A DNA stretch of 64,000 nucleotides, taken from contig RSEE01000027.1 of NCBI GenBank assembly GCA_003971905.1, forward strand, positions 186,001 to 250,000. The letters run 5' to 3'. The notes under the pieces are model-generated. The model was not told where the DNA came from and did not search any database. It saw nothing but the letters and a program-made list of their open reading frames with translations. Source of the DNA: Moniliella sp. 'wahieum' (Eukaryota). The position numbers were made by a program, and so were the translations under genes. Numbering within the stretch: the first letter of the stretch is position 1; the number at the start of each line of letters is the position of its first letter. This document shows, piece by piece, positions 52,201 through 64,000 of this stretch.

Positions 52201-55200
52201 CAGCTCCCTTGATGCCTGCTCTTGCGAAGTACCAAGCGTCACGGAGCTGGCTAGAGCCGGTCCGGTCAAGGCATCCCGTACGGGCGGCCAGTAGATCATC
52301 CCACGCCGCTTCAGCTGATAAAACAGGCGCATCAAAGCAACCGAAGCAAAAAGGTGTACTGTTCCAAGCGTGTGATGCGGATCACGCCTCGCGTCGTAGC
52401 GTGCCTGTGATCCGTTCACATTCGGCACACAACGGGACGTAGCTCGTGCCGTGTGAAGGCTTGGACGAAGGCGACGCTCCCTGTCCTGCAGGTGGAGGAG
52501 GCAAGATGGTATCTCTTGGGGAAGCGGACTTGGATCGGACGCTGCGGTGGGCTTGGAGGTCCAGCGGCGCGTCTCCACTCCAAACTGGTCGATGGGCCAG
52601 CGTCTGGAGCACCGTCGATCGATTTGGTAAAGGCTGATGCGCAACTCGGACGCCTGTGCCGCGGTGGGATGAGGTGGCGTAGGACCAGCTGCCGGGGCAG
52701 GCCGATCCCCTCGGTCCTTCTTGGGCAGCCAGCCTGTGGTAGGGCGGGTGCACTTGTCACAGCGGAAGCAGCACAAGTGCCAGCGGTTTTGTTGTTGAGC
52801 GCAAAACACTCTTCCTCCACTGTTGGTGACAAAAGGCACATAGGTCCGTCGAGGTGGATCCCGAGCGGGATTGGAGGAAGAGGCAGCCGAACCGGGGGTA
52901 AGGCGCCATGGCGTATGCGCGGAATGGTCGTGTAGCCACAGCCAATGTCCTGTCCCTCCGTTCTTTGGGGGGCACCTCCGTCGTGCGTCCAAACTGTTCA
53001 AACATACCAGTTGGTTAAGGAACTTGTCAAACACCGCATTGTCCCGAGTGCACGGCACCCATGAGCGCAAGACGAATCAGATCTTAAGGCACTGGGCCAT
53101 ACCCGTTATGTGGGGTACCAGCTCGTGCGCCAAGGTGGAAGAAGGCGGGGCGATGCCCCCCGCACTGACCGGAGTAGGCGAAGAAGCCGTTGCGTCTGCT
53201 GGGGGAGGGCGAGAGAGAATGCTGAAAATTGACGATTCTTTTGCAGAGCATACGAGCATCGCGCAGCGGAACCAGCCACGCAGGCTTGGGCGGTGCTTGA
53301 GCGTCGTCCCCAGGGGCCGGGAGAGCGCGCGGGGCACCGTCACCAGACTGGTACGCAGTCGGATCCTCATCTTGCGAAGGGGGGTTGACCTCGCGGGAGC
53401 GCTCCTCTAGCTTATCGATCGCAGCAAAGAGCACCTCGACGTGGAAGACAAATTTGTCCGCCATGTTGATCCCGCCCAGGTAATTGCCCGCGGCGACCAA
53501 ACGCTGCATGTTGGCGATGCAGGAAGCCGAAGACTCCTCAAAGCCCGATAGCACATTCCACACGCAACACCGCTCCTCCATGGCCTTTTGCTTGGCCTTG
53601 AGAGACTCGGGGGTCTCGAGTGTCTCGAGTTTGACCGCTCGCTGTAACACAGCCGGATTCATACCGGAATCCGGCATGTCCTTCGGTTCATCCTCATTGG
53701 ACGTAATCGCAAGAGCAGATCCGTCTCCCGCCTCCCTGGACGTAATCGAAAGAGCAGATCCGTCTCCCGCCTCCCTTTTCGGTTCGATCTGGCCTGACCC
53801 GGGGGAATCTTCATCGTCAGGGGAAAGTTTGACGTTCCAAAACTAAGATACAGTGCACCTGGGTTAGCGAACCTGTCTGTCCGTGAATGGGGAAAAAAGA
53901 GATGAAAGAAGGTAACATACCTTGTTGATCATGTAGCACTCGGGGTGCCAAGTCTCGGTGTGGCCGTTGCGGCCAAATTCAACAAACTGGCGTAGGATGG
54001 CAGTCTTGCACCCCTCACAGGCGACGGCAAAGCGTGTCGAATAGTGAAAGTGGCAGTAGACCTTTTTCATGCTCATAGTAGGCATCTTGCGGACCAAAAA
54101 CATCACACAACGAGCAGGTAAAGTGTTCAATGTGGAACTTTTGGTTGAGCGCAGTAATGTAGGAGCCGCGGAGAGCGTTGCCACACTTGGCGCAGATCAG
54201 TTCCAAGCGACGGAAATAATCGCGCTCGCACAGCGCATACCGTTCCCCCGTCTTGTTCGGGTCGTTGGGGAAAAACTTGGACGCTACATTCACTCCACAG
54301 TCGCGACAGCAAAACAGTCGTAATGGTATACGGTGCCCAATGCCCGTACAACTGCCCGCTCATCCGCTTACCGCAACCGGCACAGTACGTGACCCGCCCA
54401 GCGGATTTGGTGCGAGGCTTGTTGCGGGAGGGATCGCGACCATTCTCATCGTCTCGGTCCCGGCGTCGCTCCCCTGAGGCGCCTTCTCCGGCCGCATCGG
54501 TGGAATCAGAGCGAGGGAGACGCGAGCCGGAGCCACTTGGATCGCTAGGCCCGTTGCTTCCTGTGGGAACAAGAGTATCGTTCGAGGAAGGGTGGCCGTT
54601 GCTGGTCGAAGCAGTGTAAACGTGGGGAGGAGCGTGCTGGCCAGAAGAGGAACAATCGCCTGGATGAGTGTGAGCATGTCCGTTGGACGACCCTGGGGCT
54701 GGATTAACCCAGGGCGCAGATGACTGCAGAGCATCATTTTCTGTCGCTGCACGTCTCTGAACAACAAGATGAGAAGGGGATTCGGGCCTTGGTTTCGGAC
54801 TGGACTCGGACCGTCTCGCGGGCTGGCTGGGCAAGGAAGGTGCAAGCCAGGAGCCGGTGGGATGGGGAGGAACGGGAGATGGCCTCTCCATCTCGGGCGA
54901 CGAGGTGGTGAGCATGGGCACCAAAATGTCGAAGACCCTGAGGGCAAATCGGTGCGGTAGCTCTGGGCCGACGAACCGGGCCGCAAGCCCGAATTGGGAG
55001 GGGTTGAGGAGAAGGATGGCAACGAGTTGGACATGACCATCAAGGAGGAGGGCGAAAGAGGGCGCGAGCGGTTAGGCGTCGCTGGCCGTTGTGGATCCGA
55101 GGGAAGTGGGGTAAGCATCGGATGGGTGGCGGACGAAGGAAGGTGGGGTCGTGCGCATGCCGAAGATCGCGTGGGGGGGTGTGGTACAGAGACGGAGACC

Positions 55201-55714
55201 GGAGGCTGGTGTCGGACGGAGCCGGGCTGCTCGCGGTGGGGCGGTCTCCCACGCGGCTGTTGCTTCGAGGGGTAGCACGGGGTGCCAGGGCATGGTCCAG
55301 GGAAGACAACTCGGACGTGCTGCTGGCCATGTCGGGGGCCATGGCGGGGAGCGGGGTCGGAGGCGGAGGCGGAGGCGGGAGTGGGAGCGGAGGCAGAGAC
55401 AAAGACAGAGGCACGAGGGTAAGTATCACGCATCGCAGAGGCCGAAAGGCGGGGAGGGGCATACGGGGGGTCAGGACGCGCCGGCGACGTGGCAGCCGAG
55501 GTGGAGGCGGGGGCGGATGCAGGCAGTGGCGATGACGGCGGTGGTTGGAAGGCAGCGCCCAGGCCACGCTCGAGCTGGAGGATGAGGCGTGCGGTGGAGG
55601 ACGAGGGCAGGGGGACGCGGGCGGGGGCGAGGGCACGCGTGGGCCGGCGGCGTGGGGGGCCAGCGCGGCGTCGTGCGTGTCGGGGGAAGGCAGGTTGGGC
55701 GCGTGCGCCTGCAT
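49209..55714 (-). CDS. LRG1: LIM-domain RhoGAP (Lrg1 / S. pombe Rga1 family); introns 53843-53920 and 51041-51106; ends approximate
   Basis: LIM domains CAGCGKRMSGQ..LCERDYFRRLELICAKCGNALRGSYITALNQKFHIEHFTC..YCHFHYSTRFAVACEGCKTAILRQFVE..WHPECYMINK|FWNVKL. GAP domain IFGVPL, SIEGIFRKNGNIRKLKE, AAFLKRFLRELPDPLLT and MDLINLATVLGPNLL. Confidence 0.92.
53698..53775. repeat. 39-bp tandem duplication (1 mismatch) inside LRG1 (REAGDGSAL[S/A]ITS x2)
   Basis: TGGACGTAATCG(C/A)AAGAGCAGATCCGTCTCCCGCCTCCC at 53698 and 53737. Confidence 0.9.
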
Positions 55715-57778
55715 GGCGAGGGAGGCCGACGGGGGTGGAGGGGGGGGCGGGCACGGACGCGGGCAGGCAGAGGAGCGGGCGCAGGAGCAGGCACAGAACA
55801 GACGCAGCGCAGACGCAGGAGCAGCACCAACACCACCGCCAGCAGCAGCAGCCCAAGACGACGGCGACGATGTTGGCGACGGCGGCGGGGCAGCGGCAAC
55901 GACGAATGCTATAGCACGCCCGGTCGCCGCCTCGCCGGGCGCCCGTGTCCCGCCGCAGGCACCAGGCCAGAGCCAGCACACCACGCCCACCCCCCCACGC
56001 AGTACGCCGCACTGCTGCGGACGCCGCGGCGCGCGGCACCAGGCCAGCCACCAGCGACGCATGACCCGTGCCTGGCCGGTGACCCCACCACCGCCCCTCT
56101 GCCTCACCCGTCGCACATCACACGACATGTCACAGTGGCACGTCACCTGCATCCACGCGCCCAATGCCACACGCGGCCCCATCACACACACCTGTCACAT
56201 GTCACACGTCACACTCGCTGCCCTCGAGCGGCCACCGTAACGCCCCGCGCCTGGCAGCGGCAAGGCGTGGCGCTGGCGTGGTGCGATGTGGGAGGCCCCA
56301 TGCATCCTGCACCATGCACCAGCCCCACGCCAGTGTGCGCCGCCCTGCAACCCTACTGCGCTCTCCGGTGTCCGGCGTCACTGTCGGTGTGCCTCCGATC
56401 TCCCCCCATGCGCACACCCGCAACGTGCAACGGCGCATGGGGGGGCAGCCCACTGCCTGGCTCTCCTCATGCATCATGCTCCATGCATCACCATGCTGCA
56501 TGCATGCGCTCCCATTCCGCTGCTGCTGGGCGCCAAGCAAGCGGCCCTGATCGGCACGGGGGCCTGCTGCGCGCTTTCTACACAGGCGGCCACCTGCTGC
56601 CGCCTGCTGCCGCCTGCTGCCGCTTGCGCGCCGCCACAGCCGTCACGCGACAGTCACCCGTCAACGCATCACCGCAGTCCTGCGGCCTCCGGCGCGGCGC
56701 TGGCTAGGGACGAGTGGCCAGTGGGAGCAGCCAAACGCCGCCCACGCAGCCGATTATGTCAGCCCCCCCCCCCGTGCAGCTCCCGAGGGCCTGCGGCGAG
56801 CGAGGGCGGCTGGCCAGCGCTTGGGGCACAGCGCAAGTGTCGGATTCCGAGGGTGCTTGCCACCCAGCCCCGCTTCCCAGCACAGTCACCGTCGCCACCC
56901 CCACCCCGAAGCGGCTTGGACTCTGGTGCTGCCCAAATGGCAGAATCTGTGGGCACGTCCGCCTCGTCCGCCTCCTTCCCCATCGACCATCCCAGCCCGC
57001 ATTCCGCCCCTCCGGAGCGACCCCCCCAAATTGCACACCCCAGTCTTTCTCTCATCGATATCGACTTGGGCAGGCGCGGAGTTGCTGGGTTTCAACGTGG
57101 ACAGATGTCAAGCTGACACGTTGACCCATCTCCGGCGTCCGGCCGCAACAACAGCCCACTCAGGTTGGTCAGTTGGTCGCATCGCTCGGAATGCGCCGCA
57201 GGCGTAGTGAGTTGAGAGGCACCGGGTGGCTCGTGTGTTCGTGGCAGTGTCTCCTTAGGCCTAGGTTCCGTTGTTTTCTCACCTGCGTGTTCCTTGTTCC
57301 GCAGCCTATAGACCCCTGGTGACGAATGCCTTCTTGCATGTTCCCCTGTAAGTAGGTCTGGTTGGTTGGCTTTGACCACCACTAGTGCGACTGCATCACC
57401 GCCGAGGACCATCACGACTCTTAGGTCTCATCATAGTCGTGCACGCTTCCTGCATCAGCGACCACAATGCAAACCACCTTGTTGCCTCCTACCACCTACC
57501 ACCTCCAACCATTGTTGCTTGCCGGTTGATAGCGTCGAGCAGCACTCAATATGACCTCTCCGTTCCCCGGATGTACGAAAGCTTATCGCCCAATCCCCAG
57601 CTACATAGAGCGGGGCCGCATGTCCTATGCCTATAGCACCCAAGGAAAAAGAGGGGGTGAGCAGAGGTGCGTCCAATTAGCAGATGAGTAACGTGTGGGT
57701 CCCACACGCATCGAGACTGGGAGGCAAGGCGCCAGCGCCCTCTTTTTGGGGGTCCCAGTATCATTGCAGCATGCCAGT

Positions 57779-58904
57779 TCAAGGATCCCTAGAGTAGTTG
57801 CCCGGAAAGACGCCTTGGACGCCATTTACCTTCCCGGTCCACCAATCTTCTCGTGAATCAGTGCGGGAGACGAGTTCAATCTTGTCACCGGCGGCAAAAG
57901 AAAGGTCGCCTTCGGCCTGGGCGGTAAAGTCAAAGAGGGCAATGACGTAGGGCGGCAAGTCGGCTTCCAGCCCGGCCTTCTCCTTCTCCTTTTCCGTCTC
58001 CTCGGGCCCATCCGAAGGCGGGTCGCCTGCTCTCGTTTGTCTGGGGCCCGCGACCGGCAGCTTGGAGAATTTGCGCGCTAGATAAAGGTGGTTTGTGCAG
58101 AGTCAAGTCGTCAATCTGCTTGCCCATCTCCCAATGCCGCAGTGTAATCCGACTTGACTGCGCCAGCTTGATATTGATCACCACCTTTCCTCGGCGAAAC
58201 GTTGAATGGCCTTGAAGGAGAGGTAAAAAATGTTGAGCTGGAGGTAGTACAAGTATGCCAGAGCGGCGCCATCAGCTTGACCGCCAAGACAAAGAACTTG
58301 GGCAGCTCATCCTTGAGCGCATTGGTAAAGTATTCATAGTCCGCCTTAGCCACCTCATACTCCTGCTCCGCCTTGGACAGGTGGGACTCATCGCGGCTGG
58401 ACTTGACCTCCTTGTCCTTTACCTTGTTATAGGACGCGGTGTGGCGCTCCAAGTCGACCAGCTTGTGGTTGCGCTTGGTAATGTTTTTGCGGATGGCTTG
58501 CACAGCCGCCTTGAGGTCCCGGAGCGGGTAGATGATTCGCGTCTCGAGCAATTCCACCTCGGGCGTCAAGTCTCCTGCATCTCGTCAGAGGGTCTGTAGG
58601 CAGGCAACTGCTCCAGCGACTTGAGCGCTTGGGGGTAGGCGTCGGCCAAGTCGCCTCCCTCGCTGCCAAGCGGCGCACACAGCGTGGAAAAGCCCTCTCC
58701 AAACGCAATCTCGGACGTGAGCATGTTCTGCACACTTTCGTAGTAAGAAGCCGCGTCCTTGCGCAGACGCAGAGTAGCCCCCTCCAGCTCGCCAAACCGT
58801 TTGGCCAGCGCATCAAACTCGGCGTCGGCAGGCTTTTGGGTGCTGCCAAAGCCAGAGGAGAGCATGTGCGGCGCACGCGCGATGGCCTTGGTGAAGCCAC
58901 GCAT
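57779..58904 (-). CDS. RVS167: Amphiphysin Rvs167/Hob1 (N-BAR + SH3)
   Basis: [43 protein letters not shown]-terminal SH3 missing from the ORF track reads [52 protein letters not shown], then TGA at 57779-57781. Confidence 0.92.
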
Positions 58905-59312
58905 GCTGGGCCAGGCGGGCGGAGGAAGGGCAGAGGTGGTGGCAGGGTAGGAGCTGTGCTGCGCACCCTGGCCAGCGTGGCCCGCGGCGTTCTGCTCAGC
59001 CAGCGCAGACGGCGCATACTGCTGCCTCCGCCAGCACGCCAGCATCCCCACGTTGCCTGTTCCACGCGGCACGCGCTTGTTGAACTGTTCATTCCTTCCG
59101 CGGTGCAAATGCTAAGGCTAATGCACTGATGCCGAACGCACCACCCTGCTCAGCATTTCACTGGGCCAGGTCGCCACGCACTTCTCGCCAGTTGGGGTCA
59201 TGTACATTCTGCCAACAATCCAACCCGCAAAAGACTGTGCTGGCTGCCTTTCTACTATGTCTAGCACATCAAGAAGAAAGGGGGTGGAAGAATAGGATTC
59301 CAGAAACGGTCA

Positions 59313-59894
<582 letters not shown>

Positions 59895-60062
59895 CTACCT
59901 TCTCGCGAACCTAGTGTGGGTCGCTTCCTCAAAGGTTGTGGAGAAAAGACACAAGAGAAAGGGCAAAGCCCGTCAAATAAATACAGCAAAGGCACCCGCG
60001 TGGGCGGAGGAAAATGAAAAAGCACACCATCCAAACTGCCCCTATGCTGAAGGCGGCGGCAA

Positions 60063-60086
60063 CAACCCTATGATTATCTAGGGTTG
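60063..60086. promoter_or_regulatory. Inverted repeat CAACCCTA-N8-TAGGGTTG in the divergent RPS31/RPP0 promoter (telobox/Homol-E-like)
   Basis: Perfect 8-bp inverted repeat read directly. A regulatory function is inferred from its position. Confidence 0.5.
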
Positions 60087-60403
60087 CATCTCTGCGATGA
60101 CAGTCGGCTGGTGCTGCCCACGCCCATCTGGCCCCCTCGCAGCACGGCTGGGGCGTCTCGACAAGCCTAGTTGGACGCTCCGGCTTGGCCTGGGCATGCC
60201 TCTTCTCCATCCCCACCCTCTTCGAAAGAGCCTGTAAGTACTCGAATCTTGCTGGGCAACCCTGTCTATCGTCTCTCCCGTGTTCCAGACCAACTGACCT
60301 GCTTGGATGCGCTCAGTAAACGTCCCCTGATTCTCCGAAATCATCGGTGGCTCTTTTCCCTTGCTCCTAGTATCTTGATTTCTTCCTCGCAACAACCGTA
60401 AAC

Positions 60404-61321
60404 ATGGGCGCTACTCGTGGTCAGAAGGAGCTTGGTTTGCCAAGCTCAACGAGCTGCTCGAGGCTTACAACTCGATCTTCTTCGTCAATGTCGACAATGT
60501 CGGTCGCAGCAGATGCACCAGATTCGTGCTGCTCTCCGTGGCAAGGCTGTTGTCGATGGGCAAGAACACCATGGCCCGCCGTGCCATTCGCCAGATTCTT
60601 GGCGAGAAGCCGCAGTACGAGAAGATCCTGCCCGCTGTCCGCGGCAACATTGGGTTTGTCTTCACCAACGACGACCTGAAGGAGGTTCGCGACCTGATCC
60701 TGGAGAACCGTGTCGCTGCCCCCGCTCGTGCTGGTGCCTTTGCGCCGCCGATGTGGTTGTCAAGGCTGGCAACACTGGTATGGAGCCCGGCAAGACCTCG
60801 TTCTTCCAGGCGCTTAACATCCCCACCAAGATTGCCCGTGGTACCATTGAGATTGTGTCGGACGTGCGTGTGGTTGAGGGTGGCACGCGTGTCGGCACTT
60901 CGGAGGCGACGCTGCTCAACATGCTTAACATCTCGCCCTTCACGTACGGTATGAGCGTCACCTCGATCTACGACAACGGCAACGTGTTTGACAACTCGGT
61001 GCTCGACGTAAGGAGGAGGACCTCGTTGCCTCGTTCCTGGCTGGTGTGCGCCAGATTGCTTCCATCTCGCTCGATCAACTACCCACCATCGTCTCGGTCC
61101 CACTCGCTGTCACCTACAAGGACCTCATCGCCATTGCTTGGCGACCGACATCGACTTTGAGGGTGCCGCCCAGGCTAAGGAGTACCTGCCAACCCGAGGC
61201 GTTCGCCGTCGCCGCCCCCGTGGCTGCTGCTGGCGGCTGCCGAGGCGGCCCCTGCCGAGGAGAAGAAGGAGGAGGAGGAGGAGGAGTCTGACGACGACAT
61301 GGGCTTTGGTCTGTTGACTAA
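60404..61321 (+). CDS. RPP0: 60S acidic ribosomal protein P0 (uL10); probable 5' UTR intron from GTAAGT at 60234
   Basis: [88 protein letters not shown] and C-terminal [12 protein letters not shown]. Confidence 0.97.
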
Positions 61322-61656
61322 ACGCCTATCTTGTGCGGCTGGCTGGTTGTTCCTTGACGAGAAACAGCATTGTTGTGGGAAGCCAGACTGGGTTGTGCCT
61401 TGCTTGGACATGGTGTGGAGGGGCAGGAAATAGGAGCAAGTAGCGGGCAACATGTAATCGGCGCGGTGGATGGCAGACGAATGAAAGTTTGCAGATTGTG
61501 CACGCCCAGGCCGGCGAGGGCAGAGATAGGGCAGACTGAGTGCGCGAGATCGCCGCGTGCTCTTCCGGCCGGGCCCCCGCCTCGCGCTCGCCTCCACCAC
61601 CTCTCTCTTGGCGGAGGCGGTCGTGGCGAACACCAAAAGCCAGGCCAGGCGCGAGC

Positions 61657-64000
61657 ATGGACGCTAGTCTGGCGCGTCTGGGCACCATCCTCTGGCCCTG
61701 GGGCGCTGCTCCGCCGAGCAGCAGCACCCGCCCCACCCCCACCCCCACCCCACCAGCCCCCGCCCGTCCGCCATGGCATCCCCCCGTCTCCGCAGCCCCC
61801 ACCGCCCGGAACAGTTCGTCCTGCCCGCCTTGCCTGGATGGCCATCTACCGCATCCGCCCCGCCCCCGTTGCCCCCACCCCGCCATCCCCTGCTGCGCAT
61901 CCCCGAACGATCGCCGCCTGAGTCGCCGCAGCGCTGCGGCCGAACCTGCCTCGGCATCACTGGAGGACGAGGACGAGGAGAACGAGACGAGGACGAGGCA
62001 GCCGAGAGTCGCCAGTTGACGTTCTGTTTTATTACCGCCATCCATCGGGCTCGGAAGATGGGCTTGCAATGCCCGTTGCTGCCTCCATGGCCCAGATCCG
62101 TGCCCAGATCGGCGTGCTGCGTGGTTCGGCCGACCTGCTGATCGAGCTGCTGCGCCTGCCGCACCCCGACACGTCTGTCGGTGCATCGGACCACTCTTGT
62201 TTTAGCGAGCACCCGGTCTACTCGACCCATTCATCCTGCCAGCGCGCCTTTAGCTTGTGGCTTGCCCCGCGTACCTGGATGGCCGTTGCGATCGATGTGC
62301 CGCGCTGGGTCAAACCATCGCCCACGTCTGGTACAGGCCAAGTGAAGTGGGTGCACGACACCTGTTGGCGTCCGGATGCCTGGCTCGCTGCCCAATTTGC
62401 CTCGGCGGGACAGGTGGGTTCTGTTGCACGGGCCCTTGACAGATGATTCGCCCAGTAGCGTGCTCGATGGGTTCTTTGCGCCCTGGGCGGCCAATTTTGA
62501 CCCCTACAGCCCTCCCTCGCCCGACCTCCCACCCGCAACGACGGCACGGGTCACGTCTCAGCACTGGAACTTGCCTTGCAACACCCGGGTCTCTCTCCTG
62601 TTTCCCCCTTTTACCACGCATCGCGTTCGCCCCCGCGCTCAGCATGGCTTCCCCACCACCGTACTCCCTTGTTGGAACGGATCCCAAGGAGCAGCACCGA
62701 GTCCTCATCCCCCGAACCGGACTCGGACTCGGACACCAACGTGCTCGCCCCCTTGCGGGACACTTGGCTACGTCTTTGGGGCAGACATTTGTCTTGGATT
62801 CCGGCAACCGCGCGCTCCGCTCGTCGGCGCATGCGTTTGATAAGGACACGGTCGTCTACCTGGCTCAGCAAGTGACCTTTCAAGCCGGGATGAGGCATAC
62901 GTGGCGAGCCTGTTGATTGCGCAGGTCCGCGAAAAGTATTGGTACTTCTTGTGGCCGCCGATGCGGCCCCAGCTGATCGGGCGGCACGGGAGCAGGCCTT
63001 GCGCGAGTACCGCGCGCGCCACCAAGCGTGGGAGACGCGCCAAGCCGAGTTGGCAGCTGCCCGCCGCGGACGCTGACGCTGCCGCTGCCGCTGCCGCCGC
63101 CCGGGCCGCGCTTTCCCAGCCCCGCTCGGCGCTCAGTACCACTGCGACAGCCTTTGCCGTCGCCTGTGGCCGTTGACGATGAACCTTCCTGGCGGTCCGG
63201 CTCCCTCGTCCAGTCGGCCTCGAGCACTGCCATTTCCCTTTCTGGGGCTGCCGAGGACTCGGGTCGCTCAGCCAATTCGTCCGTCTCGCCGCACCCTGCA
63301 CCAACGCTGACGACCGCCGTGGCGGATGCAGCCACGACCGCGTCGGCCGGTCGCTGGACGCTGTGAAAGGCACTGCCTCAGCAGCCTTGCGCTTGTGGCC
63401 TGCCTGGACGGCACCGCCAGTGCCACCGGCAAAGAGGGGCATCCGTCCCCTTCCGATCGGCCGGGCCTTGCTTGCCCAAACACCCAAGAGACGCCGGATC
63501 CGCCCCTGACCTCTCTTGAGTGCGCACCGGCACTACCAAGCACGCCCCGGCCCGTTCGGCGAGCCGCCCGGCAGCAGTCCGAATGGGAGCACCCGCCTGG
63601 CTCCCGCCCACGCACCAGCATCCTCCTCGACCGAGGACTTATCTGAACTCCCCCCCGTTTCGATGGATTCCACCATGGCAGTGCCCGAGGTCGAAGCCGA
63701 GCCCTCGCTCCAGCTTCCGGCCCCGAGCGCTGCGCCGCCGTTTACTTGCTTCTCCTTGGCGGTTGGCCTACGGGTTCGCACATCAGCCTGGCCGGGCCAA
63801 GGCACATGTGATTCTGGTACGTGTCCGATTTGGAGTGACCACCGAGCGAGAGCGAGCTAACGAACTAACCGCCCTACCTTGCTCCAGTACGCTCAAACCG
63901 CCGTGGTGCTCGTGTCTCAAGAACCGACGGCTCCAGGACGACGTGCACTACGAGTCGTTCGACAACCTTCGGACCACAGTACCAACACTTGCGTGACTGA
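61657..64000 (+). CDS. Hypothetical protein, probably continuing past the window end; intron near 63818-63887
   Basis: A chain of plus-strand ORF pieces looks protein-like (ADLLIELLRLPHP.., LIAQVREKYWYFLWPP). A GTACGT..CTAAC..CAG intron is present. No family recognised. Confidence 0.4.

Noticed and set aside
28241..53775. Short direct repeats as a possible CRISPR array
   Set aside because: They are isolated two-copy tandem duplications without spacers, in a eukaryotic context with no cas genes.

Overview
GC-rich, gene-dense eukaryotic DNA from an intron-poor basidiomycete fungus, probably Ustilaginomycotina-like. This is inferred from short GT(A/G)NGT..CTRAC..YAG introns and protein signatures. 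Almost every gene, including essential ones, is broken by small indels that look like unpolished long-read errors, so CDS limits are approximate and were stitched across frames by eye. Recognisable genes: a REG1/DUF1752-like protein, an intron-containing tRNA-Cys, eIF2-gamma, MAM3/CNNM, a bacterial-like GNAT, a Kar9/GAR-like protein, a ubiquitin-like-AN1 zinc-finger fusion, a bacterial-type (actinobacterial-like) xylulokinase, a Byr4/Bfa1-like protein, SPA2, two Pho85-type cyclins, RPN10, CAF1/POP2, a BCK1-like MAPKKK, an LRG1 LIM-RhoGAP, RVS167, ubiquitin-eS31 and RPP0. The most notable items are two intronless candidate horizontally acquired genes, a concentration of polarity/cell-wall-integrity genes with a shared upstream motif, a direct-repeat-flanked zinc-knuckle relic, a 4-aa insertion in the eS31 zinc finger, and a telobox-like palindrome between two ribosomal protein genes. 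I cannot show a clearly new biological system from sequence alone.
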